Origin: Haliotis cracherodii | Taxonomy: Eukaryota | Length of the DNA stretch: 64,000 bases | Reading direction: 5' to 3' | Assembly: GCF_022045235.1 (NCBI RefSeq) | Contig: NW_027266267.1 | Coordinates: 25,668,001 to 25,732,000 of the forward strand | Shown here: positions 11,934 through 25,198 of the stretch, piece after piece | Layout of the letters: the number at the start of each line of letters is the position of its first letter | Numbering within the stretch: position 1 is the stretch's first letter | Notes under the pieces: model-generated | What the model was told of the DNA's origin: nothing | The model's database searches: none | Seen by the model: only the letters and a program-made list of their open reading frames with translations | Translations under genes and position numbers: made by a program

Positions 11934-12984
11934 GGGTGATACGTGTAAGGAATCCCAAAAACTGAATGAATAATATTTCAGAATCTGATTATGATCAAAA
12001 CATTTAATAGGTGCTTAACATCTAACATCGTGAACTACATGCTGTGTATAACAAATACCCATGTGGACGTATTACAACTACAATGAACTTTCAAATGGTG
12101 AAAGTGAGCTATTTATAAGAAATACTTTAGAACGGACTACAGAAAACACATCTATCCATCCTTCTCTGTAACAATGAAATACAAAAATTTACAGTAGTGA
12201 GAGAACTTCTGCTTTATTTATTGTGAACGATATAATTTTTACATTCCTTTTTTTTATCCCAGGAACATTTGTGTTGGGATACCTTGATCATTTGATCATA
12301 TAGTCACGATCTCAGTTGACACAAATATACCTTGAGGTTCTGACAATGCGCTCTTTGGTTTTGGTAAAGGATAAACAACTGATCACCAATTCCCTTCAAG
12401 TTGAAAGTGAAAATGCTACGGGGTCTAGAAAGATCTCTATATATTACATAGAATACATGACCATGCGTGCTCATAAACTCAGGGCTAAACGTTGTAAGGT
12501 TTTAAATTACTGATTTGTAACTATTTGCAACAAAGACGAAACATTTATGTCATCATTGGACTATAGGTATCCTCACACCAGCTAAACATTTCAAAGCAGC
12601 CAGCATTCTGCACTGTGGCATACGAAATGCCACATAACATGGCTCGGCATCTGGCGTACCAAAGTGATGTGTTGTGAGGGAATTTACTGCAAAGCTGATT
12701 CAAAGGATTATGCATATTTAAAATAATAAAAAGGTTGTCTTTCTTGAAAGCAGGCTAGACTTGTATCATCAACAATTGCTTCAATTTAGATATTATGTTT
12801 TAATTGTGAGTATTTCAAAATGCTTTTGAATACCTTTGCAGCAAAAGCAGGAGCAAGTTGCTCAACGTTCTTACGCTATGACGTGATTACACATTCATCA
12901 TATTGTGATACAACCTATCAACACATGTACACACGCACGGACACCTATACGTACATGCCGATACACGCTCACACAAACACTCGA

Positions 12985-13132
12985 NNNNNNNNNNNNNNNN
13001 NNNNNNNNNNNNNNNNNNNNNNNNNNNNNNNNNNNNNNNNNNNNNNNNNNNNNNNNNNNNNNNNNNNNNNNNNNNNNNNNNNNNNNNNNNNNNNNNNNNN
13101 NNNNNNNNNNNNNNNNNNNNNNNNNNNNNNNN
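12985..13132. other. Assembly gap (148 N)
   Basis: Run of N following a CA-rich simple repeat. Confidence 1.
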
Positions 13133-13386
13133 GCTTCATTTCAGAAAATTTGCAAATAACGATCTTGGTTTAAGGTCACTTACTGGTACATAAATAGATA
13201 AGTGCCAACTTTACATTTATTATCACATTAGAAGTTCAAAAAGGTGACTTCAGCTCGAGGCCATGGTGATCTATGCACCTTGAGATAAGAAAACGTTATG
13301 GAAATTTATATAAGTTTTACAAGAGCACATACCAGAACAGTGTGTGTGATTCTTGGACATCAAAGGGACTACACGCAGCTGGCAAC

Positions 13387-16370
13387 ATGCGTGCCGCCCA
13401 TATCGTGACATGGCTGTTCTTCTGTCTGCCGTTGGTGCAATGCGACGAGACTATCACCATCTTTCCCGAGTTGCTGAAGATTGGAGATGGTGTTAACTTT
13501 GACCATGGACGCTGGAACGGCAAGAACGTCCTTGACAACATCGTCGATGATATTGCACGTGTCAAACAAATAGGAGCAACGAGGCCAGATGGGTGAAAGC
13601 CGAGGGTTCGGGCGGTGTCTTTGAGCACGTAAGGTCTATAGAAACTGTATAACACTCTGAATACCAGTATTGTCCTATGGCGTAATGTGTAAGAAATTGT
13701 CTGTAGTTATGTGGTGAGTGAGTGAGTGAATTGCGGTGCCTTAAGCAATTCAACCGTCAGTACCCCGTGAGAACAATGAGAACCCACATGTGTCACACAT
13801 ATAAATACAGCCTTACAGACCTTTGGCCTCATAAATCATAAAACATATAAAACGTTTATCGAAGGTTATTGGTAGTTGTCGGTAGTTGTCGGTAGTTATC
13901 GGTAGTTGTCGGTAGTTGTCGGTAGTTATCGGTAGTTGTCGATAGTTGTCGGAAGGGAACGACCGTTTAAATATCCAACTGGTTGTATCTTTGTTTGAGA
14001 TATATGTTTGTTTTCTGTCACTGGTTCAAAACAAACTACGTGGCAAAGGAAAGTAAACACCAATGTCTGAGGGTGGCTACAAACGAACAAAAATGATGCA
14101 TTTTGATACAACTGAAATTGTGTTGCTGAAATCCTATTTGTCAGCAAATATTTTGTATATACAGTTAACTATCTCCTCCTGTTTCCGCACCCACAACCCC
14201 ACATCCAAACTATCATCTTGTAATCGATGCATGCAGTTTACAAATGCAGGTACGGACAAATAACAGTGAAACCCCACATGCTTACGATAGAGTCGAAATC
14301 GTCAATTGATTTCTGATGAAAATGGAAAGGGTTTTATTTCTTCTATTTACTAACTAGGATTATAACGTTTCGTTTATCTGTCCAGGCAACGGAAAACCCC
14401 CACAGGAAGGGATATCCCGACCCTGCCTACTTCGATTCCCAAAAAGGGCAATTCGCACAAAAATACTTGGCCAACATGCAAGGATACGGCCAGCCGGAAA
14501 TGGTCATGATGACGTCAGGTGAAAATGCCCCAATTATATTCACAAAACTTCATAACTGCCATCAGTGTGACGAGTGAACGCTTTAACCACCAGACCACTA
14601 GGCCATCCAACTTCCCCTACAGCCAAGTAAAGTTACTGGTTAGAATTGTCCTCATCAATCCAGGCTTGTTGTAAGAGGCGACTAACGGGATTGGGTGGTC
14701 AGGCTTGCTGACTTGGTTGATGCATGTTATCGTATCCCAATTACGTAGAAAGATGGTCATGATGTCAATCAGTGGATTGTCTGGTCCTGATTCCGTCATA
14801 AAGATGGAGCTCAGAGTGCGGAGTTCAACAAACAATCAAATAAATATTATTCCCTTACACGGATTTAAAAACCAGCAAGCTTACAAACTTGTTACCTATA
14901 ATGTATGTATTTACAGGGAAGCTTTGGCCACACTGGATAGATAAATCCCACCACAAGGGGTTGTTTCCCAACAATATCGATGCTGCTGCAGAGTTTGAGT
15001 ATCTTCTCATCGACGCTGTAGACAAAGGAACCAAAGGAACCCTTCCATTATTCTTTGAAGTCATCAACGAACCAGATGGCAAGTATGCCAGCACAAATTG
15101 GTCGACATTCATCTCATACCACGAAGTGACAGCTAAGAAAATCAAATCGAAATATCCACAAATCAGAGTGGGAGGGCCCACGTATACAGGCGCATCTTCT
15201 AGTTATGACGCCAATGGATTCAGGGTCTGGAGCAAGATGGCTGACTTCATGGACATGGCTCTGGACCATCTCGACTTTTTCTCCTTTCACTCCTACGCTG
15301 GCCTGGACGTTCACGGAGGCGCTCACCAGTTCCATGCTTCTGAAGCAAAGTTGTTTGGTCTTCTTGACCTTATTGAGAGTTATGCCCATAAGAAGAAAGG
15401 AAAGTCGTTCGATGTAATCATCAGTGAATTTGGCATGGGAAGTATATCGGGGTTGGATGAACAGAAACCATCCCCTTTCATTGACTGGGGTCATATCTAT
15501 CAACACAACGACCAAATGTTTACCTTCCTTCAACGTCGTGATGTGATGAGAAAGGTTGTTGCTTTCTTGCTGACCTACACTGAGCTTAAAGGACAAGCAA
15601 GCATCAACTACAGTTTGTTTGACAAGCACCACAACGTAAGGGATGTTGCTGACGCTTTCAAGTTCTGGATGAACTTCCGCAATGCGATGATGTTTTTGAG
15701 GGTGGACAGTCAGTTCCACAACGGTGAGAGAAACATTGTGCCTCACATCCTACTGGACAAATCTTCAGGAACTGTTTATATCCTTCTTCACAACCATGAC
15801 CAACAGCCCACGCACGTGAAACTAAATTTTGACAAAGGTTGGCTCCATCCGACAAGTGGAAAGTCCACCTGTGAATATCTGAACGCACAGAAGAAGCCAA
15901 TCCTAGCTAAGGACCAACCAGTTCACGTCACTAACTCAATGGTAACTGTTCCTGCTGAAGCGAGTTGTTACTTCCAGTTCCACACAACCCACAACTTCGC
16001 CCATGCCCCGACTGTGACACAGAACACCTACTACTCCACCGACATGGTTGTCCCCATTCACAACACCGTCGTCGATGTTAAAGTAAACGTCCCGAACATT
16101 GGCAACATTGACTTTGTTCGTCTGAGGATCAGTCTCAGCAGAGACAGCAAGGCCACTCACGGACCTCCAAAGACGATCATGATGAACAATCACCCCTTGA
16201 CCTCCTTCTACTCCCTCCAGGCTGGCCATTCCAGTTCCACGGTGTTTGAGACCTACGAGTACGACGTCCCTGCCAGCATCGTACGACAGCACAACAACGA
16301 TGTCAAGATTACCTTTGTTCACACTGGAGGCTTTGTGTCTACCGTCGCATTGGTGGTAGGTAGGCACTGA
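13387..16370 (+). pseudogene. GH86 paralog A2 with a 1-nt deletion in exon 1 (pseudogene or sequencing error)
   Basis: Exons 13387-13628, 14386-14518, 14917-16370. Reads gcaacgaggcc at ~13583 versus gcaacgacggcc in A1/A3, which shifts the frame to a stop at 13596. Exons 2-3 are intact. Confidence 0.7.
13871..13952. repeat. 10-bp tandem repeat (GGTAGTTGTC)n in intron 1 of A2
   Basis: About 8 copies; a matching array lies at 25684-25765 in A3. Confidence 0.9.
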
Positions 16371-18724
16371 ATTATTTGTCAATGGTCAGAGAGAGAATTC
16401 ACGATAAACGTAATTATGACGATACCCTTTGAAGCTTAAAACCTCAAACAATTAACAAAGACATCCTGTATTCTTCAAGGTAATGCATTCGAGAAACAAA
16501 ACAATTCCAACCACTGTATGTATGAATAAAGTCAGAGGTGAAAATGTTTCTTTCTTGTTTGGTAGTTATTTTTTAAGATAGGTTTTTATGTACAACGCGG
16601 CTCATCAGGGAGTTAGTAAATGTGGGATTTATATACACTTCCGCGCACACATTTCCGTCTACACTCGAAAACTGGATTTGACCAAAACATAAAAGAAACA
16701 CTCATGTTCCAAAATACAAGTGATACCTGTATCAAACACATAACCTTCGAATAACTGTTTCGTGTTTGTGTCATGTTTATGCACAACCAAACGTGGGTGT
16801 GTACGTTCTACAGACGTTACAATGTAATATGGATTGACACAGTCTAGACCTCCCATGATAAGATAGGTCAAGGACCCAACAATTTGTGTCGTCAGCATAT
16901 GAACATCTCGCAATGCAGGTGCTCCTCCTGACCGTTCTGTGCAATCTCGCATGAGGGGAGTATTCACTCACAATTTCCCCTGGAACTTAATTTCGGAAGT
17001 GTAATAATGAAAAGTGGAAAGGTGAAAGCGGGCTTGACACCCCGGACGGTGGGGTAGCCTAGAGGTTAAAGCGTTCGCTCGTCACGCCAAAGAGCCGGGT
17101 TCGATTCCCCCCATTGTTACAATGAGTGAAGCATATTTCTGGTGTCCGCGATATTGTTGAAATATTGCTAAAAGCAGGGTGAACAAATAACAAGCAAAGC
17201 GCCCACGTACTGGGTGGTCACTGTTTCGAAAGATTGTTTCCTCTGATAGTTGGAGCCCAACAATTTATTGTTCAATGATTCTTCAAGTGAATTATTAATT
17301 TTCGGTACAGTTTCATTGAACAATCCAGACCTTTATATGAATCATTTCCATACAGGTCACTTAAAATCCAGCCAGGAAGAGCCTCCCGGATCCCAGATTC
17401 CTCAAACACAACCAGCACAACATCAAAGGTTATAGAAACCCACAAATGATTATGTTGAAAGGTATATATATTCAAGTGAGTGAGTGTGTTGGGTTTGACG
17501 CCGTTTTTAACAGTATTCCAGTTAAATCGCGGCATGTCAGCTTAATGTGGGAGGAAAGCCCGAAGTGAAGCAGGTCTCAGACGTTTACCACTTCAGTGAA
17601 ACCCACGAGCACGGGTATGGTGCTGACAAACCTAGAAACGTTATCGGGGCGAACCGGGATTCGAACCTACAATCACAGGTTTCTGGCGTGCCAAAGGGAC
17701 ACAACTCTGCACAGCGAATCGCGGCGCCTTAGACGACTGGGCCACGCGTGCCCCCACATATATTCAAGGCGAAACTCCATATATAAATCCATAAATTTCC
17801 ACTAAAAGTCCGTGATTTTACGACATGTCTGCAGGCAAAGTTGTTAGAAGGTTGATGTCTGGTCTTAGTTATAATTATATACTGAAAACACAAGTAAGTT
17901 CAAAACACGACGTGAATATATGTCTAGATAACCAAGCCTCGGATATATGGCTAGACAAACACGACCTGGACATATCGTTAGATAACAACTTTAGATGTGT
18001 TTTCATGACGCTTGGGTGTCGCCTTGAGGTATTAGGAAAACTCCAATTGCCGCAGGTGGAGATGATAAAGAGGTTAAGCTCTTCAGTATAATCCACAAGG
18101 ACGTACTTATTTGTGACAAAGGCTCATGTTCAGTAATAGCAATAATTTATTTTCGCAAGAGACATTAAACATCTTTTACAAAAGATGATAAACCATTATC
18201 AAATCCTTCTTTGAAAAGTTGTCTCAGGAACATACTATGCATAAGAATTACATATTTTGGATGATAATTTGTGATCAATGACAAACAAAGATAACAGCGT
18301 TCCTGGTGCTGGTATTGACAGAAAAAAACATTAATAGGACTATTTGGACGTACATTTTATATCCACGGCACCTGTTCAAAACCTCAAACCTCCGAATCAT
18401 TTAACATTACGTTAGGGACCACCATCAGCGCTAATTTCATCTTCAGTACTAAGAATAACAGAGTATATGAATCTAAATAGATAATCCAAGGAATGTTCTG
18501 CTTTTTTGCTAAGGCTAGATGGGATTAAGAAAAAAATAAACCTGTTCCCCAAATACTGAATATATTTGTGAAAAATAAAGTGTTGTGGGTTAAAAAAATG
18601 TGTTTGGCTTTTATTTTTCGGCTCTTTAAGCCGACTGAGAAAAATATGCTCTATCAAACCAAAACTGCTAGGGCCTCATGAATAATAAATGTCGATACCT
18701 TATTCATCTTCTTGGTCTTTACAG

Positions 18725-19112
18725 ATGTTGATTGGCCTCACTGGCTGGACCAGTCCGAGCACCACGGCGTCTTCCCCAACAGCATCGACGTGGCAGCAGA
18801 GTTTACCTTTCAAGTCATGGAAGCAGTCGACACAGGAACAAATGAGAAGATTCCTTTATTCTTTGAAGTCATCAATGAACCAGATTCACAGATTCACTAT
18901 ATGAACTGGACAATCATTGTTAAATTCACCAGGCTGTTGCCCAGAAACTGAAATTGAAGTATCCTCACACCCATGTTGGAGGCCCTACATACACTGATGC
19001 ATCAGCTTCCCTTGCCCAATGTGATTTCAGCGCTTTTAAGAGGACGGAAGAGGAAGATGATCACAAACCATCACCTTGTCTTGACTGGGCATGCGCATGC
19101 CAACACAAAGCC
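18725..19112 (+). pseudogene. Duplicate GH86 exon-3 relic (type C)
   Basis: Near-identical to 6268-6655. Confidence 0.85.
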
Positions 19113-21161
19113 CAAAAGTTTGGATGGCATGGCTGGCCTAGTCGCTGTGCAGAGTTGCGTCCCTTGGGCACCTCAGAAACTTATGATTGTGGATTAGACT
19201 ACAGTTTCAAACTGATTATGTTTCTAGGTTTGTCAGCACCATACCAGTGCTTTTGAGTTTCACCAAAGTGGTGAACGTCTAAGACCTGCATTTCTTCGGG
19301 CTTTCCTCCAATATCAAGCTGACACACCTGGAATATTGTTGAAAGTGGCTTTTAAATCACTTACTCAAAGAGATCAACATTTAGCTTTCTAGCCCTACGT
19401 TTCGTAAGGTTTTGTGGTTAAATTTGATCTGCTATAGTCGTTAATAGTGTCTATCCGTCTGAATTTCTGAAAGAGGATAATCAATCCTTGAACGGAAACC
19501 GAATAATTATTGTGCTTGGTCATGTAACATGTTACAGTCGTCTATGACATGACAGAATATCTTAAGGTAACTATTTGTGTTCTTTCAAAATTAATCAATT
19601 GATCTTTTTACGACCGGACATTGTGCAACTAAAACAGCAAATGTCAGCCAAGCAAATACATATATCATGGAACATTGTGCAGAAAATAAATAGATCAGAG
19701 ATGTAATAACTCAAGTTCACTGTTCTGATCAATTGAAACTTTCCTATAAGCAGCTACCCAACTCCAAAGACAAGAAGAAATATTTACAGTTGAAGTTGAG
19801 AAATGTGGGGGTTGAGGGTGTTTGCCGGGATTTTGTCTTGAAACCAAATATGTTTTTAATTCTAACTACGAGCCAACACATTTCTTAAAAAACACATTGC
19901 AAAAATATAATTTCTTCGACAGAAAAATTCTTTTTTTTTCTGACAATTTGAAATATAATCATTTTTGTCAAAAATTTTCGGGGACTTTTTTTTCGATTAA
20001 TATGGATATCGTCCCCACCAAAGCGACCAAAAGAGTCGGGTGGTCAGAATCAGGCACGGTGACATGGTTGATAGCTCGTGAATGAACCCCGAATCGTTGC
20101 TTATAATATCAATCAATGGATTGACTGGTCCAAACTCGATTATTTACAGGTCGTCGTCATATACCTGGGATATTGCTCAGTGCGATGTTGATTAACGCAG
20201 CAAGCAAGATTCAAATTATCCTTTGTTTCCTTTGAGTAACCTAATTGTGTCTACGCCTCTTAGGATGCCAAACACTACAGACGTTCTTGTATGTTTGCAT
20301 TTTTGTGGCCGTAGTCAGCAATAATACAACTATATCACATCAGCCTTCATGTGTGATGGACAATTTGCTTATATTGTCACAGTTGCCCCACATCGATATT
20401 TTGTTTGTTGGTATGTTGTTTAACACCGCACTCAGCAATATTCCAGCTATATGATCATGACGCACATCGATATTTCGCTGTCGTTACACACCACATGGTT
20501 TTGTATCCACTTGGGCACACAGAATCACTCCAATGCCATCTGACATTTCATCAATATTATCACAAATCTCTATCATGAAGATGTCATTCAAAATATTTGT
20601 ATATGCTACAGCTAAATGTTAGTCACTGCACATGCCACTGTTTTGAATGTACCCCTCTCTACCAACACGAATATATATAATATATGTTTACAATTATGTA
20701 CTAATAATACATTGGCGTCTCAGTTACAACAGGGGCGGTCGGGTAGCCTAGTTGTTAAAGCGTTCGCTCGTCACGCCGAAGACCCGGGTTCGATTCTCGA
20801 CATGGGTACAATGTGTGAAGCCCATTTCTGGTGTCCCCCGCCGTGATATTGCTGGAATATTGCTAAAAGCGGCGTAAAACTATATTCACTCACCCACTCA
20901 CTCAGGTACAACACATTCAACTAACAATAACCCACTGATTTCATGAAAATATACTTCAGTGCCACACATACGGTAAGGTTTATAATTAAAATACAATTTA
21001 ACATTAACCTACTTGGGTGTCTTTTTACGGTTACAATGTCTGTATTCACAGTTGGGGTCGTGTAACTGATAAGGTAGAAACATTCTTTCCTATGCATGTA
21101 TATAAAGTACAGCTGTGTCAACTGATTAGCACTCGTTCTCTCGTTGGGCGATATATCTAGC

Positions 21162-23735
21162 ATGAAAACAGCAGACATGAAATGTCTGACACTTTTCGTG
21201 TCTATTCTATCAAGCGCAAGATGTGATTACACCGTGTCCATCTTTCCTGAAATTCTGAAGATTGGGAAAGTTACACATTTCGACCACGGGCGATGGAATG
21301 GGAAGAATGGATTGGACAGCTCAACAACAATTCCTCTTGTTAAGGAGGTTGGAGCACCCACACTCACCCACCCACTCAGTATTCCCACTCACCCACTCAC
21401 TCACCCACTGGCCAACTCACTATCTCACTCGCCCACTCAGTGTCCCACTCACCCACTCATTATCTCACTCGCCCACTCGCCCACTCACCCACTCATTCTC
21501 TCACAATGTACCCGTGTGAGGAGTGAACCAAGGCACCTCGTGAGGACCGAGGTGTAAGGCTAGCTTTTAGCCTTATGCAACTGTAATGCCACTTAATACA
21601 TATCACTACCCAACGATCCAACTTACAAGATAAATTCAGCAATGGCATACTAATACCAATCGTGTAAGGGGCATGATAAAATTTCAAGAGGTACAGAACG
21701 CACTGGAGGCCCATTCACTGAGGTAACGCGACTGGTTGTGCAGTGTTACGCCCCTTTGGCCTGCGAGAGACCTAAGATCAAAGGTTCGAATCCTGGTAAG
21801 TCCTAATATTGTTTCAGCAACGAAGCATGTTGACACGCCGTAATATAAAACAGTCCACAGCAGCTTAAAACTCTCACTCTCTCACTCACTCAGTCAACAT
21901 TTAACTCTCTATCACGTTTCATGTCAGGCACCTGAGAACCCCAACAAGAGGGGCTATCCTGACCCGAAGTACTTTCAGGCCCATCAAAACGAAATCAGCA
22001 GCAGTTACTTGAACGTCGTGAATGGATATGGCAATCCTGAAGTTGTCATGGAAATAAAAGGTATTTCAATTTTTATTCCAGTGTGAATCAATAGAGGTTA
22101 GCACGCGAGTGTGTTTTTGGGAGTGTCTTTCTTATATTCTATGGTCGAAAGAAGTAACCTCATATCTCACAAATAATAATGTATAATGTCGTCATAATAT
22201 CCGTTAAAAGTTGTTGACAGAAGAGGATGCACTTTCATTCACTCACTCAGAGGCATTATTTTTCTTATTTAGGTTTGTATTGGCCTCATTGGATGGACAC
22301 CTCAGCCCACCACGGATTCTTCCCTAACAACATCGATGCTGCAGCCGAGTTCGTCTTCCTGCTGGTCGACGCGGTCAACAAAGGAACCAATGGAAAACCG
22401 CCTCAATTCTTTGAAGTTATCAATGAACCAGATGGTCAATGGAAGAACACAAACTGGACTACCTTTATCACATTTCACCAGGCAGTGGCTCAGAAAATTA
22501 AGGCAAAATATCCAAATATCAAGGTCGGTGGGCCAACGTATACTGGAGCTTCAATTTTGTTTGACCGTAATGACTTCCGGACTTGGAAGACATTGGCAGA
22601 ATTTCTAGACATGGCTCTGAACCATTTAGACTTTTTCTCGTTTCATTCCTACTCAAGTATGGATGTGAGTGGAGGCTCACACCATTTCCACGGGAGCTCC
22701 GAAGCTAAGCTCTTTGGTCTTCTGGATCTGGTTGAGAGCTATTCTCAGAAGAAGAAAGGTAAATTGATTGATATCATTGTCAGTGAATTTGGTCTCGGTC
22801 CGGTATCAGGACTTGATGTACAGAAACCATCCACCTTTCTTGACTGGGCGTATATTTATCAACATAATTCCCAGATATTCACCTTTCTACAACGTCGGGA
22901 TGTCATGAGAAAAGCGGTAGCTTTCCTGCTCACATCTACTGAACTTAAAGGGCAGGCAAGTATTAACTATAGCATCCTTGATAAAAACCACAACGAGAGG
23001 GACATTGCGCAAGCTTTCAAGTTCTGGAAGTCCATCTATGACACAATGACATACTTGCGAGTAGACAGTCAGTTCCATAATGCTGAGAGGAAGATTGTAC
23101 CCCACGTTTTAGTTGATCAAGGGAACGGCAGCCTCAGCATTCTCCTCCATAACAATGACCAAAAGCCAAGTCATGTGACCCTACATTTTGACAAAGGTTG
23201 GTTCCATCCGACAAGTGGAAAGTCCACCTGTGAATATCTAAACGCACAGAAGAAACCAACTCTAGCTACAAACCAACCAGTTCATGTCACTAACTCCATG
23301 GTAACCGTTCCTGCTGAAGCGAGTTGTTACTTCCAGTTCCACACAACCCACAACTTTGCCCATGCTCCGACTGTGACACAGAACACCTACTACTCCACCG
23401 ACATGGTAGTCCCCATTCACAACACCGTCGTCGATGTTAAAGTAAACGTCCCGAACATTGGCAACATTGACTTTGTTCGTCTGAGGGTTAGTGTCAGTTT
23501 CAGCATGAAGTCTCCCCATCAGAAACTAAAGTCGGTGGTTGTTAACACTCACACCTTGACGTCCTTCTACTCACTGCATACCCACAGCGGCGCTGGTGAA
23601 GACACTGTATGGGAGGTCTTTGAGTACAACGTCCCCAACAACATGCTACACCAACACAACAATGACGTCAAACTTAGCTTCTCCGAGGCTGGGGGTTATC
23701 TGTCTACTGTGGCAGTGATCGTTGGGAGTCACTGA
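21162..23735 (+). pseudogene. GH86 paralog B2 with a ~630-bp deletion removing the end of exon 1 and its splice donor
   Basis: Matches B1 up to ...GAGGTTGGAGCA (21356), then jumps to the intronic CACT repeat. Exon 2 (21928-22060) and exon 3 (22273-23735) are intact and encode the same protein as B1. Confidence 0.75.
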
Positions 23736-24788
23736 GGGTGATACGTGTAAGGAATCCCAAAAACTGAATGAATAATATTTCAGAATCTGATTATGATCAA
23801 AACATTTAATAGGTGCTTAACATCTAACATCGTGAACTACATGCTGTGTATAACAAATACCCATGTGGACGTATTACAACTACAATGAACTTTCAAATGG
23901 TGAAAGTGAGCTATTTATAAGAAATACTTTAGAACGGACTACAGAAAACACATCTATCCATCCTTCTCTGTAACAATGAAATACAAAAATTTACAGTAGT
24001 GAGAGAACTTCTGCTTTATTTATTGTGAACGATATAATTTTTACATTCCTTTTTTTTATCCCAGGAACATTTGTGTTGGGATACCTTGATCATTTGATCA
24101 TATAGTCACGATCTCAGTTGACACAAATATACCTTGAGGTTCTGACAATGCGCTCTTTGGTTTTGGTAAAGGATAAACAACTGATCACCAATTCCCTTCA
24201 AGTTGAAAGTGAAAATGCTACGGGGTCTAGAAAGATCTCTATATATATTACATAGAATACATGACCATGCGTGCTCATAAACTCAGGGCTAAACGTTGTA
24301 AGGTTTTAAATTACTGATTTGTAACTATTTGCAACAAAGACGAAACATTTATGTCATCATTGGACTATAGGTATCCTCACACCAGCTAAACATTTCAAAG
24401 CAGCCAGCATTCTGCACTGTGGCATACGAAATGCCACATAACATGGCTCGGCATCTGGCGTACCAAAGTGATGTGTTGTGAGGGAATTTACTGCAAAGCT
24501 GATTCAAAGGATTATGCATATTTAAAATAATAAAAAGGTTGTCTTTCTTGAAAGCAGGCTAGACTTGTATCATCAACAATTGCTTCAATTTAGATATTAT
24601 GTTTTAATTGTGAGTATTTCAAAATGCTTTTGAATACCTTTGCAGCAAAAGCAGGAGCAAGTTGCTCAACGTTCTTACGCTATGACGTGATTACACATTC
24701 ATCATATTGTGATACAACCTATCAACACATGTACACACGCACGGACACCTATACGTACATGCCGATACACGCTCACACAAACACTCGA

Positions 24789-24944
24789 NNNNNNNNNNNN
24801 NNNNNNNNNNNNNNNNNNNNNNNNNNNNNNNNNNNNNNNNNNNNNNNNNNNNNNNNNNNNNNNNNNNNNNNNNNNNNNNNNNNNNNNNNNNNNNNNNNNN
24901 NNNNNNNNNNNNNNNNNNNNNNNNNNNNNNNNNNNNNNNNNNNN
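24789..24944. other. Assembly gap (156 N)
   Basis: Run of N with the same flanks as the first gap. Confidence 1.
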
Positions 24945-25198
24945 GCTTCATTTCAGAAAATTTGCAAATAACGATCTTGGTTTAAGGTCACTTACTGGTA
25001 CATAAATAGATAAGTGCCAACTTTACATTTATTATCACATTAGAAGTTCAAAAAGGTGACTTCAGCTCGAGGCCATGGTGATCTATGCACCTTGAGATAA
25101 GAAAACGTTATGGAAATTTATATAACTTTTACAAGAGCACATACCAGAACAGTGTGTGTGATTCTTGGACATCAAAGGGACTACACGCAGCTGGCAAC

